Assembly (NCBI RefSeq): GCF_001186125.1
Contig: NW_014039708.1
Location: 1-37,876, forward strand
Direction of reading: 5' to 3'
DNA: 37,876 bases
Source of the DNA: Sphaeroforma arctica JP610
Taxonomy: Eukaryota
Position 1 is the stretch's first letter. The number at the start of each line of letters is the position of its first letter. Below the pieces are notes generated by a model that saw nothing but the letters and a program-made list of their open reading frames with translations, did not search any database and was not told the origin of the DNA. Made by a program: the position numbers and the translations under genes. This document shows, one piece after another, positions 11,695 to 26,000 of the stretch.

Positions 11695-14600
11695 GTCGCG
11701 ATTGATTGTGAAAAACCTCCCCAAATATGCCACAGACAAACTGGTTCGGGATCACTTTACCCAGAAAGGCGAAGTGACAGACGTCAAGCTTATGTATACA
11801 GGGTATGTGAGGATTGTACAGGTGTTGTGCTGTTCACACATATTTAAACAAAGTGATCTAGAAAAGCCAAACATTGAACGATTTTCTATTACATCACGAG
11901 ACGCATAAGAGTTACATTATCGCAACAATTTGTATTAAAGTATTGCAAAGGGTACACCAAGACACCAGAATCTATATATGTATATATATATATTTATATA
12001 TATATATATATATGTATTTATATGTATATGTATATATATATTTATGTATATATATATATTTATAATATTGCTATACAGTACATATCATACATCTCAACAC
12101 AACAAGGGCAACACAGTGAGACTCCACAAATTCGTAAGTACTTTACGAAGGAAGTTTCACAAGCGACAAGCCACACGGATAAAACAAAACACCATAGCGA
12201 AATCACACCGGTACAAAACGAGCACACAGCGATGCACCATAATGTATACTAACACACAAATATCACAATACATACATGGGAGCAATACGACAGCGAAAAT
12301 GGGGCATGTTGAAAAACCTAGTTAGAGAATACACACCAATGCACAACGTACGGGATAACCCGGCGACATATACACTAAAATAGTGTAGCATTCACCAACA
12401 CAAAGACAGGCACCGTTGTCATATCATATACACACAGTGGTCTCGAGCACGAAATCCAGTGCAGCACAGAACACACACAGGCGCACTAGCGCCAGGCATA
12501 GGCATACACCTACGATACCGGCATGCATTTACTATACAATAGATATGTATGGCTGCCTCCGAAAAAAACACCACACATACCATCTCCACAGTCACACTGA
12601 TGTAGCCTCGAGTGAGTCTAGGGCTCACTCCCACAAACCCACTGAACGAATGAGAATGCACTGCGTATGGCATAGGTACCAACCATGGGCCACACCTCGA
12701 TGCATCACTCATAGATTGGTTTATACGCGCCGCTATATAAGTTATTGTGGGGGATATATATACTCGCAAAGGCCTGATCAGTCGTTTGGTTTGGTTTGCA
12801 CAGAGAGGTGTTCCGACGCTTTGCGTTTGTCGGATACCGCACACCCAAGGAAGCGAGTGAAGCCGTGAAGTACTTCAACAACTCTTATTTAGATACAGCC
12901 AAGATGAGCGTAGAGTTAGCCCGATCACACAATGCTACAGCAGAGGTACGACCCTGGAGTAAGTACTCCAAGGGCAGTAGTGCGTATGACGAGAGGGAGC
13001 GAGACAAAAAGGAGTACAAATCTAAGCTACAGGAGGAAAGGGATGAGGTGGCTAAGGTGTCAGAGATGCGCAAAGCTCGGAAGGAAGCGGTATGTAGAGT
13101 TTGGACTGCTTGTTCGTTTAGAACCGATATTTCTTCGCTTCATTACGCACATGGATATTCTTCTCGTTATATATATATATGCGTGCGCGTGTTCTTGCGT
13201 GTGCGTGTATGTGTACATCTATATATCTGTCTATGTCTATATATGCCTATAAAATATGCACATAAATATATATGTGTTCATTTTATATCTATTATATATA
13301 TTTATATATATATATATATACTTCCTCATATATACGCACTGTATGTACTTCCCAACAAAATTTGACATACCATACGGATAACATTGTGATCAATCTCAAC
13401 TTTAATTTAGATGGCCAAGGGAAGGAAAAAGGCCGCCAAAATGCTGGCTGAAATTTACGGTACACAGGACGACGAGAAGCTCGCCGAGTTCATGCACGTC
13501 TCCACAGCCCGAAGTTCGGCTAAGACTTGGTCAAACGATGATAGCGAACTGCTCCAGGCTCAGAAGAAAATGCAGGTATGTAGTTCAGAACAACATCAGA
13601 AATGGATGTCGCACATGCTGATTTGCTTGTGATAGTAGCCGTTAATGGGTCCGTTTGTATGGCACCGCATGGTTCGGATGCAGTAGTGGTAAAGACGTAT
13701 ACGTTTTGACGATTACGTCTCAATTGATCACTTCACCTGTGTAGGTTCTACTCTCATGCCACTTCGTGCTGTTCTGTTCCCCGCTATATCACATCCCAGA
13801 CCATACGAAATTACAACCATACGTGTCGCGCAGCTAAACCTTGGACCTTCAAACCCTAAAACCCATCACTATTGTTCGTCTTACAGAAAGTGACTGAGAA
13901 ACAAATAGGAGGAGGTGCACGGGTGCGCGTAGACACGGTGGACGCCAAGAGACCGGCTGTTGACGGTGTCGTATATAGTCGCACACACATCAGTTTTGGA
14001 GACGATGTGAGCGAAGCTAAGGAAAAGATAACCCGAGAGGAAGAGGAGGCCGAGAGTGATAGTGAATACGAAGACATGCCCTTGGATAAGAAGGGCAAAG
14101 ACAGCACGAACGAGCAAGGTAAAGAGGATAGTGGCAGTGACAGCGACGGAGGTGATGACGATGCAAGTGAAAAGGCGGCGATAACGGCCGCTACGGATGC
14201 GGACTATCTCAAGAGTCTCATGAGTAAAAAGGATATTGCGGAGGAGGAAGATATGGACATGGGGGATGTGTCTGATGGTGAAATGGAGGTAGGTAAGAAG
14301 AGCAAAAAGAGTAAGAAGAGTAGTAAGGAATCAACACAGTACGGTAGCGCACATGACGGCAAGCAAACAGAAGTGGAGGCGATTGAAGCACTCCAAGGAA
14401 AGGGAGCGGAGAGCAGCAACATGGGCTCTAGTGGTACAGATACAAAGGCAGACCCAGATGCGAGTGCGAAGGCTGCGGCGGACTGGGAAGCTGGGTTGAA
14501 CGAGATACACTCCAGTAGACGGATGGGAGCCGTGGGCACGGGCGGTATAGTGGCTACAGACGCGCTGGTGGCGAATACGGGGCGCATCTTTGTGCGGAAC

Positions 14601-17223
14601 TTACCCTTTGCATGCACGGAATTAGAGTTGGAGAAGCTGTTCAAGAAGTTTGGGCCGTTGACGGAGTGTCACATGCCTCTGGATAAGGACACGAAGAAGC
14701 CTAAGGGGGTGGCGTTTGTGACGTTTGTATTGCCCGAGCACGCGGTGAGAGCCATGGAAGTGATGGACAAGCATGTGTGGCAGGGTAGGCTGATGCATAT
14801 ACTGCCGGCCAGGCCCAGAGCTGAGGAGAAGAAGGAGGAGGAGTCCAAGGCGGGTAGTTCATACAAGAAGAAATCCGAAGCGGATCGGAAATCCAAGGTA
14901 TAGTGGATTAAATTTGTCAGCTGACGTGTGCTATGTTAGGTATAGGTGTGTATAGCGTTTTCGTTTCATGCGACAGGTCATTGTGTGATGCGTAATATTC
15001 GGATGAATGTGGCTGTGTAGGGTGTTTACTATATATTTCCTTAACTTGGATGTGTTCAGAAGATCCAATTTTCTGTCACGACAACCCCAAAATTGTTTCC
15101 ATAATATTGTAAGATTTGAGAAAAGTATCAAAATCAAGCACAAATGCAGATGGTTAGATGTTCGGTAACTCGTCTGTGGATAAAGCACATGGGATATTAG
15201 GGTTTAGGAATTTGCACCTACCTCGTGCCTCGGCCTATTTTCAATACACCCATTTTCAATTCAATCTACGATACCCACACAGGAGTCGTTTTACGCTCAC
15301 CTCCACGGACCATCGTGCACATGGACTAGCACATCCTCGCATGTACGCACACTGCACACATGGCTAACCTTCTCACTCTCACTGTGGCTTGTTTGTTTGC
15401 ACTATAGGCGGGTGCAGAGTACACGTGGAACACGCTCTTCATGCGCTCAGACACCGTAGCCGCCGCGCTGGCTGCCAAAATGAAGATCAACAAGAGCGAC
15501 TTGCTGTCACGCGATGCCGATAGCATGGCTGTGCGCATGGCACTCGGTGAGACACACATCATTCAGGAGACAAAGGCCTATCTGTTGGCCGCAGGACTAC
15601 GCCTGGAAGCCTTTGAGGGGACCAAGAAACGCAGCAACACGGTGATTATCGTGAAGAATATCCCGTACGATATCACAGAGGAAGACTTGAAGCTGGCCTT
15701 CGACCCCTTCGGAACACTGGGACGTATTGTTCTCCCGCCCACCCGTACGATAGCGCTGGTGGAGTTTGCCGAACCCAGTGAAGCCAGAGAGGCTTTCAGG
15801 AGGCTGGCGTACACCAAGTTCAAGAGCGTGCCGTTGTACCTGGAATGGGCCCCACAGGACACGTTTATCAGCGCGGCAGACGAGGTGAATGGGGATAAGG
15901 GTGCGCACGCTGGGCAAGCGGATGAGAGTGACGGGGAGGGTGAGAGTGTGGAGACGTCCAATGACCGCAGTATCTTTGTTAAGAATCTCAACTTCGACAC
16001 TACGGATGGTATGTATGGGGTCGAACGTGGTGTGGTAAATTTTTTTAACAGAGTTTTCGGTTTGGACTAGAATAGGCACACACCTATTTTACAGGTGTGT
16101 AATACAATACCCATTGTATCTACCTCGAATGCTAAATTCAAACCCCGAATCCGAATCGGAAGGGCCTCACGCACACCTACTTTTGGAACATGTACACAAT
16201 TCACTGAATTTCATTTGCATATTCGTTTTCCACAGAGAGTTTGAAGAGCCTGTTTGAAAAGGCAGGGAGTCTGCGCTCCGCCCGAGTGGCGAAGAAGAAT
16301 GTCAACGGCAAATCGGTATGCGCCTGGAATCGAATGGGTGTATTCAGTTGCTGTTATGTTCAGTGGTTAATCCGTATGTATAAGACCCACATCACGTCGT
16401 TAGGGGATGGCATAAGAACGAGAAGCGTGCCAAGTATTGATGAGTGTATTGATGAGTGGCTGCTGCGAAATTAAGAAGCGGCAGCAGTTGAGCGGGTGAT
16501 CATTTACCATCGTGTTCTGTGTCTTCACTACTCACACGCAGTGTAAGACTTTGTGGTACCGGAGAGACCCTCAAGCGACATCATTACAATTTGGTTCGTT
16601 TGGTGGCACACTCATCTACAAACACGCACGTGTCATACTTCACATCTGATTACATGTATATTGCATACTATCCCTTTGACTGACTTGTGTCTCCCATAAA
16701 CCCCCCACAGTTATCCATGGGCTTCGGGTTCCTCGAGTTCACCACCAAAGACGGGGCAGCCAACTGTCTGAAGACACTCCAGCACGTTAAGCTAGACGGC
16801 CACACACTCGACCTCAAGTGGGCTCGGGAGAAGGGAAGCTCTGGCGCCACAACAGAGGTACGCAAGGTAGAGGTGGGTAAGGCCAAATCCAATAAGCTTA
16901 TGATCAGAAACATGCCGTTTGAGGCTACAAAGAAGGAAGTAAGGGAACTGTTCCAAGCATTTGGTAAGCTCAAGAGCGTCCGCGTGCCCAAGAAGTTCGA
17001 TGGCACAAGTAGGGGGTTCGGGTTTGTGGAGTTTGTGAGCAAATCGGAGGCCAAGAACGCGTTCGAGTCGCTGAAAACAACGCATTTCTACGGACGCCAT
17101 TTGGTGTTGGAGTGGGCCGATGAAGAGATGAGCGTGGAGCAGATGCGTGAGCACACGCTCAAGCACTACGTCGATGGCGAGCAGGGGGGCCGACAGGCCA
17201 AGCGCACCAAGGTGGAGATGTGA
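11695..17223 (+). CDS. MRD1: Multiple RNA-binding domain protein MRD1/RBM19 (pre-rRNA processing, 40S biogenesis), about 921 aa, five RRMs
   Basis: Exons: 11695-11802, 12804-13089, 13411-13575, 13887-14897, 15408-16008, 16236-16315, 16711-17223, plus an unlocated upstream exon. All are GT-AG and phase-compatible. Hallmarks: (M)[107 protein letters not shown]. Confidence 0.95.
11971..12065. repeat. Imperfect (TA)n microsatellite in an MRD1 intron
   Basis: TATATATG/TATATTTA run. Similar tracts occur near 13165-13335 and 27125-27160. Confidence 0.9.
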
Positions 17224-17360
17224 GTGTGAGGATGCTGTATACACATCAAACAACTGCATGCATTTAGTACTGAGATGGTATATATACATATATACGCATT
17301 TGCAATACGGCATTGGATAGGCTACTGCTGGGATGGCACACATAATAATAAGTTTACACT

Positions 17361-19568
17361 TCAAACGAGGTGTCCCCCAGTGGTATATCGGAACGCACCA
17401 ATGAGTTGTATGAGCTCGACACCTATCAGGCCGAGAAGTGATAAGAGTTTAGTCTCATCTTCCAATGTGGGCGTTTGTACCAGAGGCCATCCAAGCGAAG
17501 TCTTGGTAGAATCTCCCCACGGGATGAAAGCTCGATGCACCACAGACCGACACCACACACATTCCATATACATCGCAGCACAGCACACCATACCGCATCA
17601 GAAAGGGAGTGGTGTGAGGTGTGGCAGTCTACCTGTTGTGTAAACTAATATGCAAGCTCGTCTCGAAGGGTAGAATGACAGCCTGTAGGGGACGGATACC
17701 AGAGACAACGGTACTGGATTGTCTCGGGCGCGATTGGAGGCTATATAGATACACTGTCTTGTCTATCCGAGTTAGTTGCGAACATTAACTGGCTCTCTGG
17801 GAAACCTGTGTACAGTCGTCTACGGGTATGCTGTACTCACCAGAATAGCAACGGCATTCCAACTACCTGCGGACGATCTGAATGAGTGGAGCTGCAAAGC
17901 CAGCTGCACGAGTGCTAATTAGGTATTGGAATACACAACGAGACGATGGATATTCACGTCTTCGGGCTTGTATACAATACGTTGAATGGTATGTATATGA
18001 TGCAGTAGATGTAGACGTAGCCTGCCGGCGCACATGGATGTGAAGAACTAGCGCATGGCGTGCCTATATGCGGACGTGTACCTTAAGTCATCGTTCGGTA
18101 CGCTGACAGCCTGGTCCACCAAATACACGGCAGCAGTCCAGAGCAGTTTACAGTCATGAAGAAATCTGCGGTGCAGGTAGCAGTGAAACCAGTAGTTACT
18201 TAGCATAACTACTAACGCCATTCGATGACATCCAAATAAAGACAAGACTACACACACAGCGTGTATAATTCTTTACCGAACACGCGATCAGTTGTGTCGT
18301 TCTGTATTTTGCGCCAGGCAACTACTAAGGGATTCCCCATCCATGTGCGATTACGGACAAGAGATTCGAGTGGATTTATTCTCGGGGTTCTCTTTATATG
18401 AATAGTTTGATCAATATACGTACATCATGTAACTCCTAAGTAATTCCTATTATCCATGTACGATTACGGGCAAGAGGTTCAAGTGGATTTATTCTGAGGA
18501 ATCTCTTCATGTCAATAGTGTGATCAATATACGTACATCAGGCAACTCCTAAGTGATTTTTATTATCCATGTACCATTACAGGCAAGATGTTCGAGTAGA
18601 TTTATTCCGGGGGTTCTCTTATCAATAGTTTTACAATCAATAAACGTACATCAGGCAACTCCAAAGTATTTCCTATTAACCATGTCCGATTGCGGGCAAG
18701 AGGTTCGAGTGGAGTTATTCTGGGGGTTCTCTTTATACCAATAGTGTGATCAATATACGTACATCTTCGCAGTGCTCGATTTTTTTCTCACTCTCTTGAT
18801 AGTCCTGTTGGACGACTGCCGTGATTACGGATTTAACTGCGTTGTATTTAAGTACACATCCTTTGGTTTATACCGCAAGTGTTAAGCACTACATTCTTAA
18901 AAATGAATTAAACTAGCTAGATATATTTTCCCGAGTTTTATTTCGGGCTGGGTCTAATGCTGACCAAAATCTGAAATACATAGATAGAATCCTTACTTTG
19001 GTAGCTTGTAATACTACGTGATACCTGTTGGCTATTGAAACATGTGAGAAACATATATCATCCCAATACGAGCACCCAGAATTTTGCATATTTAAGATCG
19101 TAGGTGGGGCATCACCATAGTCCCAGCGATATTCTAGCAATAGATGTTATCTCGACACCGTATATCATCGCCTGGTAATGAGAAGACTAGTGCATGGCCC
19201 ACCAGAAGACACAGATTCGCTATATACTGTACTACAATCAGAACCAGAACCAGCCACCGCAATGCTCGGCACTCTTCAATCCAAGCACCTTTCCACGCGG
19301 ACAACTCGATCCCTAGGCCCATTAAATTGGCCACATGAGACCCCGAAAGATACAAGAGACTCTCCTCCGTATCAGGTGTGTCGTATATACGCCTGTTCTT
19401 GATCAGCGACATGGTGTCGGTTATAAATACAACGAAGAAGAGTACTATGCAGCTTGCTCGGCTCATTAGTTTGAGTGTGCGGCCTGTCAGCCGAGACTTT
19501 CCTCCTGAGATCATATTATTGCTATGGACATTTTGATGTATGTACAAGGTGACGCCATTACAGTGCAC
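17361..19568 (-). pseudogene. Possible decayed or unknown multi-exon membrane-protein gene
   Basis: Hydrophobic, coding-like ORF pieces at 19134-19568 (ASCIVLFFVVFI, LRWLVLVLIVVQYIANLCLLVG), 18913-19140, 18048-18257 and 17361-17591. There is a minus-strand GTGAGT donor at about 17840. I could not join the pieces without stops or frameshifts, and I recognise no family. Confidence 0.25.
18316..18766. repeat. Diverged tandem repeat, 4 x about 113 bp
   Basis: Unit GGCAACTCCTAAG...ATCCATGTACGATTACGGGCAAGAGGTTCGAGTGGATTTATTC...GATCAATATACGTACATCA starts at about 18318, 18428, 18541 and 18654. Confidence 0.9.
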
Positions 19569-20031
19569 ATAAATACATATTTTGGTGTACTGGGATGTGA
19601 TGGCATCGTCTGAGTAGTGCCAAGACTGATGCGTGCAATGTTAGCACTCTATAGCATAGCCGCCTATTAAATACTGACACCTATGGATGAATCGTAAAAC
19701 CCTACAACCCAGGATACAATTTTGCCATAGATCAGAATCAAATAATTTTATAGTATTGAAATAAATAAATAGATCTTCACGAATCACGATACATAAATAT
19801 TCACTTTGCTCTTCTTAGGTCTTTTGCTTTACATATTTTTACATCCTGATGAGTCATAAATACAATTTTTTTAAACATTTGTGTACAATAGCCTTTGTTT
19901 GACTTTATATTAGGCTACGAACATATACATCTGGCTTGCGAACTACAGTAAAATCTCACTTCATCATATTAAGCAGATACACGGGCCTTATCGGATCGAA
20001 GAATACATCGAAATTTTAATCACAACTCACT

Positions 20032-23000
20032 ATGGCCGCTACCACCACCAAGCTTACGGCACTCCGCAGTCTTATGCAAAAGCACACATTAGCAGCGCTG
20101 ATTGTACCATCAGAGGATGCACATCAGAGCGAGTATGTTGCCAGTGCGTTTGAGCGCAGAGCTTTTATCAGCGGCTTCACGGGCTCAGCCGGGACTGCTG
20201 TCGTGACTACTTCAGCTGCTTGCATGTGGACTGATGGAAGGTATGTTGCTTGTCCAGCTGTATTGCATACTTTGTATGTATAGGTATATAAATATTCATA
20301 TACATTTACCTGACTATTCTAGTCATACACACATACACACATACACAAAGGCACATGAATATACACAAACACACGCATACACACACATACGCATANNNNN
20401 NNNNNNNNNNNNNNNNNNNNNNNNNNNNNNNNNNNNNNNNNNNNNNNNNNNNNNNNNNNNNNNNNNNNNNNNNNNNNNNNNNNNNNNNNNNNNNNNNNNN
20501 NNNNNNNNNNNNNNNNNNNNNNNNNNNNNNNNNNNNNNNNNNNNNNNNNNNNNNNNNNNNNNNNNNNNNNNNNNNNNNNNNNNNNNNNNNNNNNNNNNNN
20601 NNNNNNNNNNNNNNNNNNNNNNNNNNNNNNNNNNNNNNNNNNNNNNNNNNNNNNNNNNNNNNNNNNNNNNNNNNNNNNNNNNNNNNNNNNNNNNNNNNNN
20701 NNNNNNNNNNNNNNNNNNNNNNNNNNNNNNNNNNNNNNNNNNNNNNNNNNNNNNNNGTATGTATGTATGTATATGCATTTATATTAATAAATCCACTTAC
20801 AGGTTTACTGCATGACCATCCGTCGTCAAATGAAAGTGGTGTAGTACTGTTTCCTGCACTTTTCTCTCTCGGTAATGTTCCAATATCACCATCACCGCGT
20901 GGTTCTGTCGTTACGTATCGAATCTCGATTTATCAGTGCCTCTAATCACTTGTGTGGGTGTACTCATCCAAGATATATTTTATAGATACTTCCTACAGGC
21001 CGCAGAGGAAATGGACGAGAATTGGACCCTCATGCGTACAGGTTCGAAAGGTGTACCTACTAAAGAAGAGTGGCTGTGCGACAGTCTCCCTGCGAAGAGT
21101 TCTGTGGGGGTTGATACGTCTCTGATCCCCTACAAACAGTACAGGGGATTGATGAAGTCTTTGCGTAGAAGTGGCCACACCCTGGTCCCGTTGTCTAGGC
21201 GTAATCTTGTTGATGAGGTAATGGCTGGGTGGGTGTTCTGTGGGTGTATGTACAGTCGCATGAATGATCTTTATGCAATACCCTGGTCCCGTTGTCTGGG
21301 CGTAACCTTGTGGATGAGGTAATGGCTCGGTGGGTGTTCCATGTACAGTCGCATGAATATTCTTTATACACTGTGGTAGGGCTTTTAAGATTTAGTCAGG
21401 CACGTGAGGTCATGAGCCCCTGCATGTCCGATCTTGAGCTTCAGTGACTGTAGGGTTTAGGGTTAACATGTGAACGAGCTGCTAATACATACGCTAATGT
21501 AGGCAGGTACTACAAGACCGCAAAATCTCAGTACTAGATGTAGTCAAGTGTATATCAGCAGTCTATATATAGCACAGACTCAGAAACCAGACTATGGTAG
21601 GTAGTAGAGGCCTATCGTTTGGGTTTTAGTGTTTTATGGCAACTGCAAGTCTGCAGTCTCACAGTCTCACAGTCTCACAGTCTCACAGTCTCATGGCAGG
21701 TGAAAGGCTGCAATGGTTTGTTTTTGTATATTGGTGGTGGGATACCGCGCTAGAGCAGGAGACTACTCAAACACACCGTGCCGTGCTAGTCAATACGCAC
21801 GGTTTCTTCTGACGGGATAGATACGCTACGAGGAAGATACGGCGGAGTTGTTCCCAGACACACCGAACATTGACTTAACTTGATGTGTACTGGGTGTCTT
21901 ATTCTATGCGACTGGGGCAGACGAATAACTTCGGGGCTGTATTTGTCCTGTTTTCACAACCCCCTGTCCTAGATTTGGGAGGATATGGACCGCCCGCCCT
22001 TGCCCAAATCCGAGGTGTTCCATCTGCCTGACGACACCACTGGACAAACCGTAGCCGTGAAGATCCAGATTGCACGAGAAAATATGGCGAAGAAAAAATG
22101 CAACGCTCTGGTTCTGACCATGTTGGATGAGGTCGCGTGGTTCGTGAACATGCGCGCTAGTGATGTTGAGGTGTGTATTCACGTGCGGTTTTTTAGAGAA
22201 TGTGTGTTAGTGTGGAGGTGCAGATACAGATGAATATGTTTGATAGGATATGTGTAANNNNNNNNNNNNNNNNNNNNNNNNNNNNNNNNNNNNNNNNNNN
22301 NNNNNNNNNNNNNNNNNNNNNNNCATATTTATACCAGTACAACGATCGCTGGGATGTCAATGCTCTGGTTCACCGTAAACCGCGAGAGGAATCGAAGGAC
22401 TGTTAGTCTATGTATAGTAACAGTCACGTTTACCTGTTTCTCATCTGTGAGTACCATTAAATCATCTCCTATTGCAGTTTAATCCCGTGTTCTACTCATA
22501 TCTGCTGCTGACGGAGGAGAGTGCCACCTGCTATGTGGATGCTGACCGGATGAGCAACAAGGTATGTCCTCGTGCGTGACCCGTGGCAATTTTAAGAATA
22601 CTCTCCTACTCCTCAGTCGTACAAGATGTATTTCAGTGAAATCTCGGAGTAGCGCAGGAATTTATGCTCTTTGTTTGTATACACATACATCCCACAGTAT
22701 AGTACACATACACAATCGCAGATTCAATCAGTCTGTTCCATCCGATATGTCAACAGCATTTTTTTTGTTAAGCTGTAGACCAATCATAGGGCATGTGTTG
22801 GGGGTTTAACAACAGCTAACAACGCTCTATATGGTGATTCCAATCTATCGACGTTTACCGTATACGATGATTCCAATCTTATAACGTTTACCTTATACGG
22901 TGATTCCAACCATTCAATGTTTACCTACCCCACATAGGCCAAGGCTAGCATTGCAAACATTGTGGAACTGAAGCCGTACGATGCCATTCTCGAGGATATC

Positions 23001-26000
23001 AAAAATCTGCCCAGTGATAAGGTGAGCTCAAATTGAGTACAAGTATATACCGGTAAGCTCTGTATACTCTCGCCACTCTCCCACTCATGAGATGTCAACC
23101 CTCGTGCCGAATGACAGGTGATTATATTATGTCTATGGTTGACAGGTGATTATATTATGTTTGTCTGTGGGTGACAGGTAATTATAGTAGGTGACAGGTG
23201 GTTATAGTATGTCTGTGGGTGACAGGTAATTATAGTATGTCTGTGGGTGACAGGTGGTTGTAGTATGTCTGTGGGTGACAGGTGGTTATAGTATGTCTGT
23301 GGGTGACCGGTGGTTATAGTATGTCTGTGGGTGACAGGAGGTTATAGTAAGTCTGTGGGTGACAGGTGGTTAAAGTATGTCTGTGAGTGACAGGTAATTT
23401 TAGTATGTTTGTGGGTGACAGGTGGTTATAGTATGTCTGTGGGTGACAGGTGATTACAGTATGTCTGTGGGTGACAGGTAATTATAATATGTTTGTGGGT
23501 GACGAGGTGGTTCTATTATGTCTGTNNNNNNNNNNNNNNNNNNNNTGGTTATAGTATGTCTGTGGGTGACGGGTGATTGATAGTATGTCTGTGGGTGACA
23601 GGTGATTATGTCTGTCTGTGGGTGACATATGGTTTTAGTATGTCTGTGGGTGACAGGTGATTGATAGTATGTCTGTGGGTGACAAGTGATTATGTCTGTC
23701 TGTGGGTGACAGATGGTTTTAGTATGTCTGTAGGTGACAGGTGATTATAGTATGTTTGTAGGTGACAGGTGATTATAGTATGTCTGTGGGTTATAGGTGG
23801 TTATAGTATGTCTGTAGGTGACAGGTGATTGATAGTATGTCTGTGGGTGACAGGTGATTGTTAGTATGTCTGTGGGTGACAGGTGATTGATAGTATGTCT
23901 GTAGGTGACAGGTGATTGATAGTATGTCTGTGGGTTCTGTAGTGGAGGCGAAACCGCTTGTAGTGCCCATCCACGTGTGCAAAATCACCCATCAGCGCAC
24001 CTCTTGTAATCACTTGTCACTAACAATAGACAAGCATATCTATCCAACCACTCAGTCATATAAATGTCCTCTACCTTTGAGTACATCCACATACACTGTG
24101 TCAGTACATCCACATACACTGTGTCAGTACATCCACATACACTGTGTCAGTACATCCACAGACACTGTTTCAGTATATCCACATACACTGTTTCTGCGCC
24201 TCTTTCCACTCACCCTCCTGCGCGGCTCTGGTTCTGGTTTGCTGCGTTTTGATTGGTCCAGAAAGTGTGGGTGAGTGACAAGTGCAGCTACGGCGTGGCG
24301 TCGCTCGTTGCTAAAGAAAACTTAGTAGTGGAGCCCACGCCCGTGTGCATCGCCAAGGGCCGCAAGAACGATGCGGAGATGAGAGGTATGGCTAACTGTG
24401 TATTGTCTTCACTTGGTTTAGGGTTTAGCACACGGACACCCCTCACAGGTTCGCAATAAAACATTTGGGGACAGAAGCTGCTTACTCGAACGTGTTTGTG
24501 TAGATTTGTGTAGACGCAAATGTGTCAATTAGCCTGTGTATGCCCGTCGAAAGATTTTAGGGTTCAGGGTGTAGGGTTTAGCCTTTAGTGAGTGTGTGTA
24601 TTGCGGAGTCTGGATCCTCTTTCCGGGTGTATTGCGAGGACTTTGAGAACAGAAGGAAAGTGTGGGGCAGCACGCCATGTGGTCTGTACTGCTTTGAGTC
24701 TTTGACCACATACACATGTGTTGTACGTATCTTTGGGCGTGGATGTGCTTCCAAGCAAAGTCCGTTGTTATGGCAACGTGCACGGCTTGGCCGCATTAAT
24801 CTTATGCGACGCAGATGTGTGGAACCAATTACTACACTTCATAAGATGGCGTTAAACGCATATAACGACAGGCGCCACTGTGCCAGCATTGTATACATGT
24901 ACGAATATACCACTTGCAAGGTACATACATTTGAATTGCGTTGTTACATACTTAACTATAAATCAGTCGGTGGAGTGGTAACAGATACATAAGCGGGTCA
25001 TAGCAACATGTGCTGCGCATGTCTATGCGATAGTAGCGTATGTTGGTAAGCTTTCGTATAAAACCCTAAACACTAAAACGTATAAAAAATACATCTATGC
25101 ATGCATGTATACGTCACTACAGGAGCCATCAGTGCACATGTGCGTGATGGGGCAGCGCTGTGTTGTTATCTCGCGTGGCTGGAACAGGGAGGTAGAGGCA
25201 CTGAGGTGGAAGTGGCGACTGTGTTGGAGAACTACAGAAAGTATGTGTGGTGTGGCTGAAGCAAGGGAGAGTGTGTGTAGATGGAAATGCGTGCGGATGT
25301 GGTGCATTAGGTCGTAGAGATGACGGCTTCTATGATAAACGTTAAAAAGATTATGTGTAGTGCAACATTTGTTGATATGAGACGCCGTCCACCTTAAATG
25401 AAAGTATTGAATCATGTGGCGTGTTCCGGAATAGTTGAGAACGTGTCCATATTGATGTCTTTGAAATTTTCCTGATAGTTGGTACCAACTAGTTACTGGA
25501 CGATCATTTGCTAACTTCTGTGGTATATTGAACTAAACTGCCGAACTTCTGGTATTCACACATGCACTCCTGGATAATCGACCACTATCAGAGAACAGGA
25601 ACTGTTCATGGGGTTAAGTTTCCCCACGATATCGGGCGCCGGCCCCAACGGAGCCATCATCCACTACAGACCAGAGAAGGAAACTGCGGCACAGGTTACG
25701 GACAGCGCCTTGTACTTGTGCGACTCTGGAGCTCAATATTTGTATGTGACATGGATCTAAAATGGCTTGTTTATTTGGATATGACATGGATGTAGGACGA
25801 TTTGTTGTCTTGATGCTAAGTATCTCCGTATTCTGTAAGTTGCATGTCATGGTATGTGTTCTTATTTTCCGACATCGCGTGGGCGTGGAGGAATCGAGTT
25901 GGCTCACCTCAATCAAGACGTACTCGATTGTTGTTGTTTTTTTGCATCCAAGGGTCATTATATTATATATGTTATTTTATATTTGTTATTATTACGCACG

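Noticed and set aside
13856..17364. Antisense ORFs of 75-190 aa overlapping MRD1 exons
   Set aside because: They are shadow ORFs of strongly coding exons, with no recognisable domains.
20234..20945. Long ORFs containing X runs (also 9171-9633, 22200-22406, 35536-35877)
   Set aside because: They are artefacts of translating through N gaps.
24386..24400. Extending XPNPEP1 exon 6 through GMANC
   Set aside because: The phase-1 donor after 24385 joins exon 7 in frame ([12 protein letters not shown]), while the extension does not fit the 25123 acceptor.
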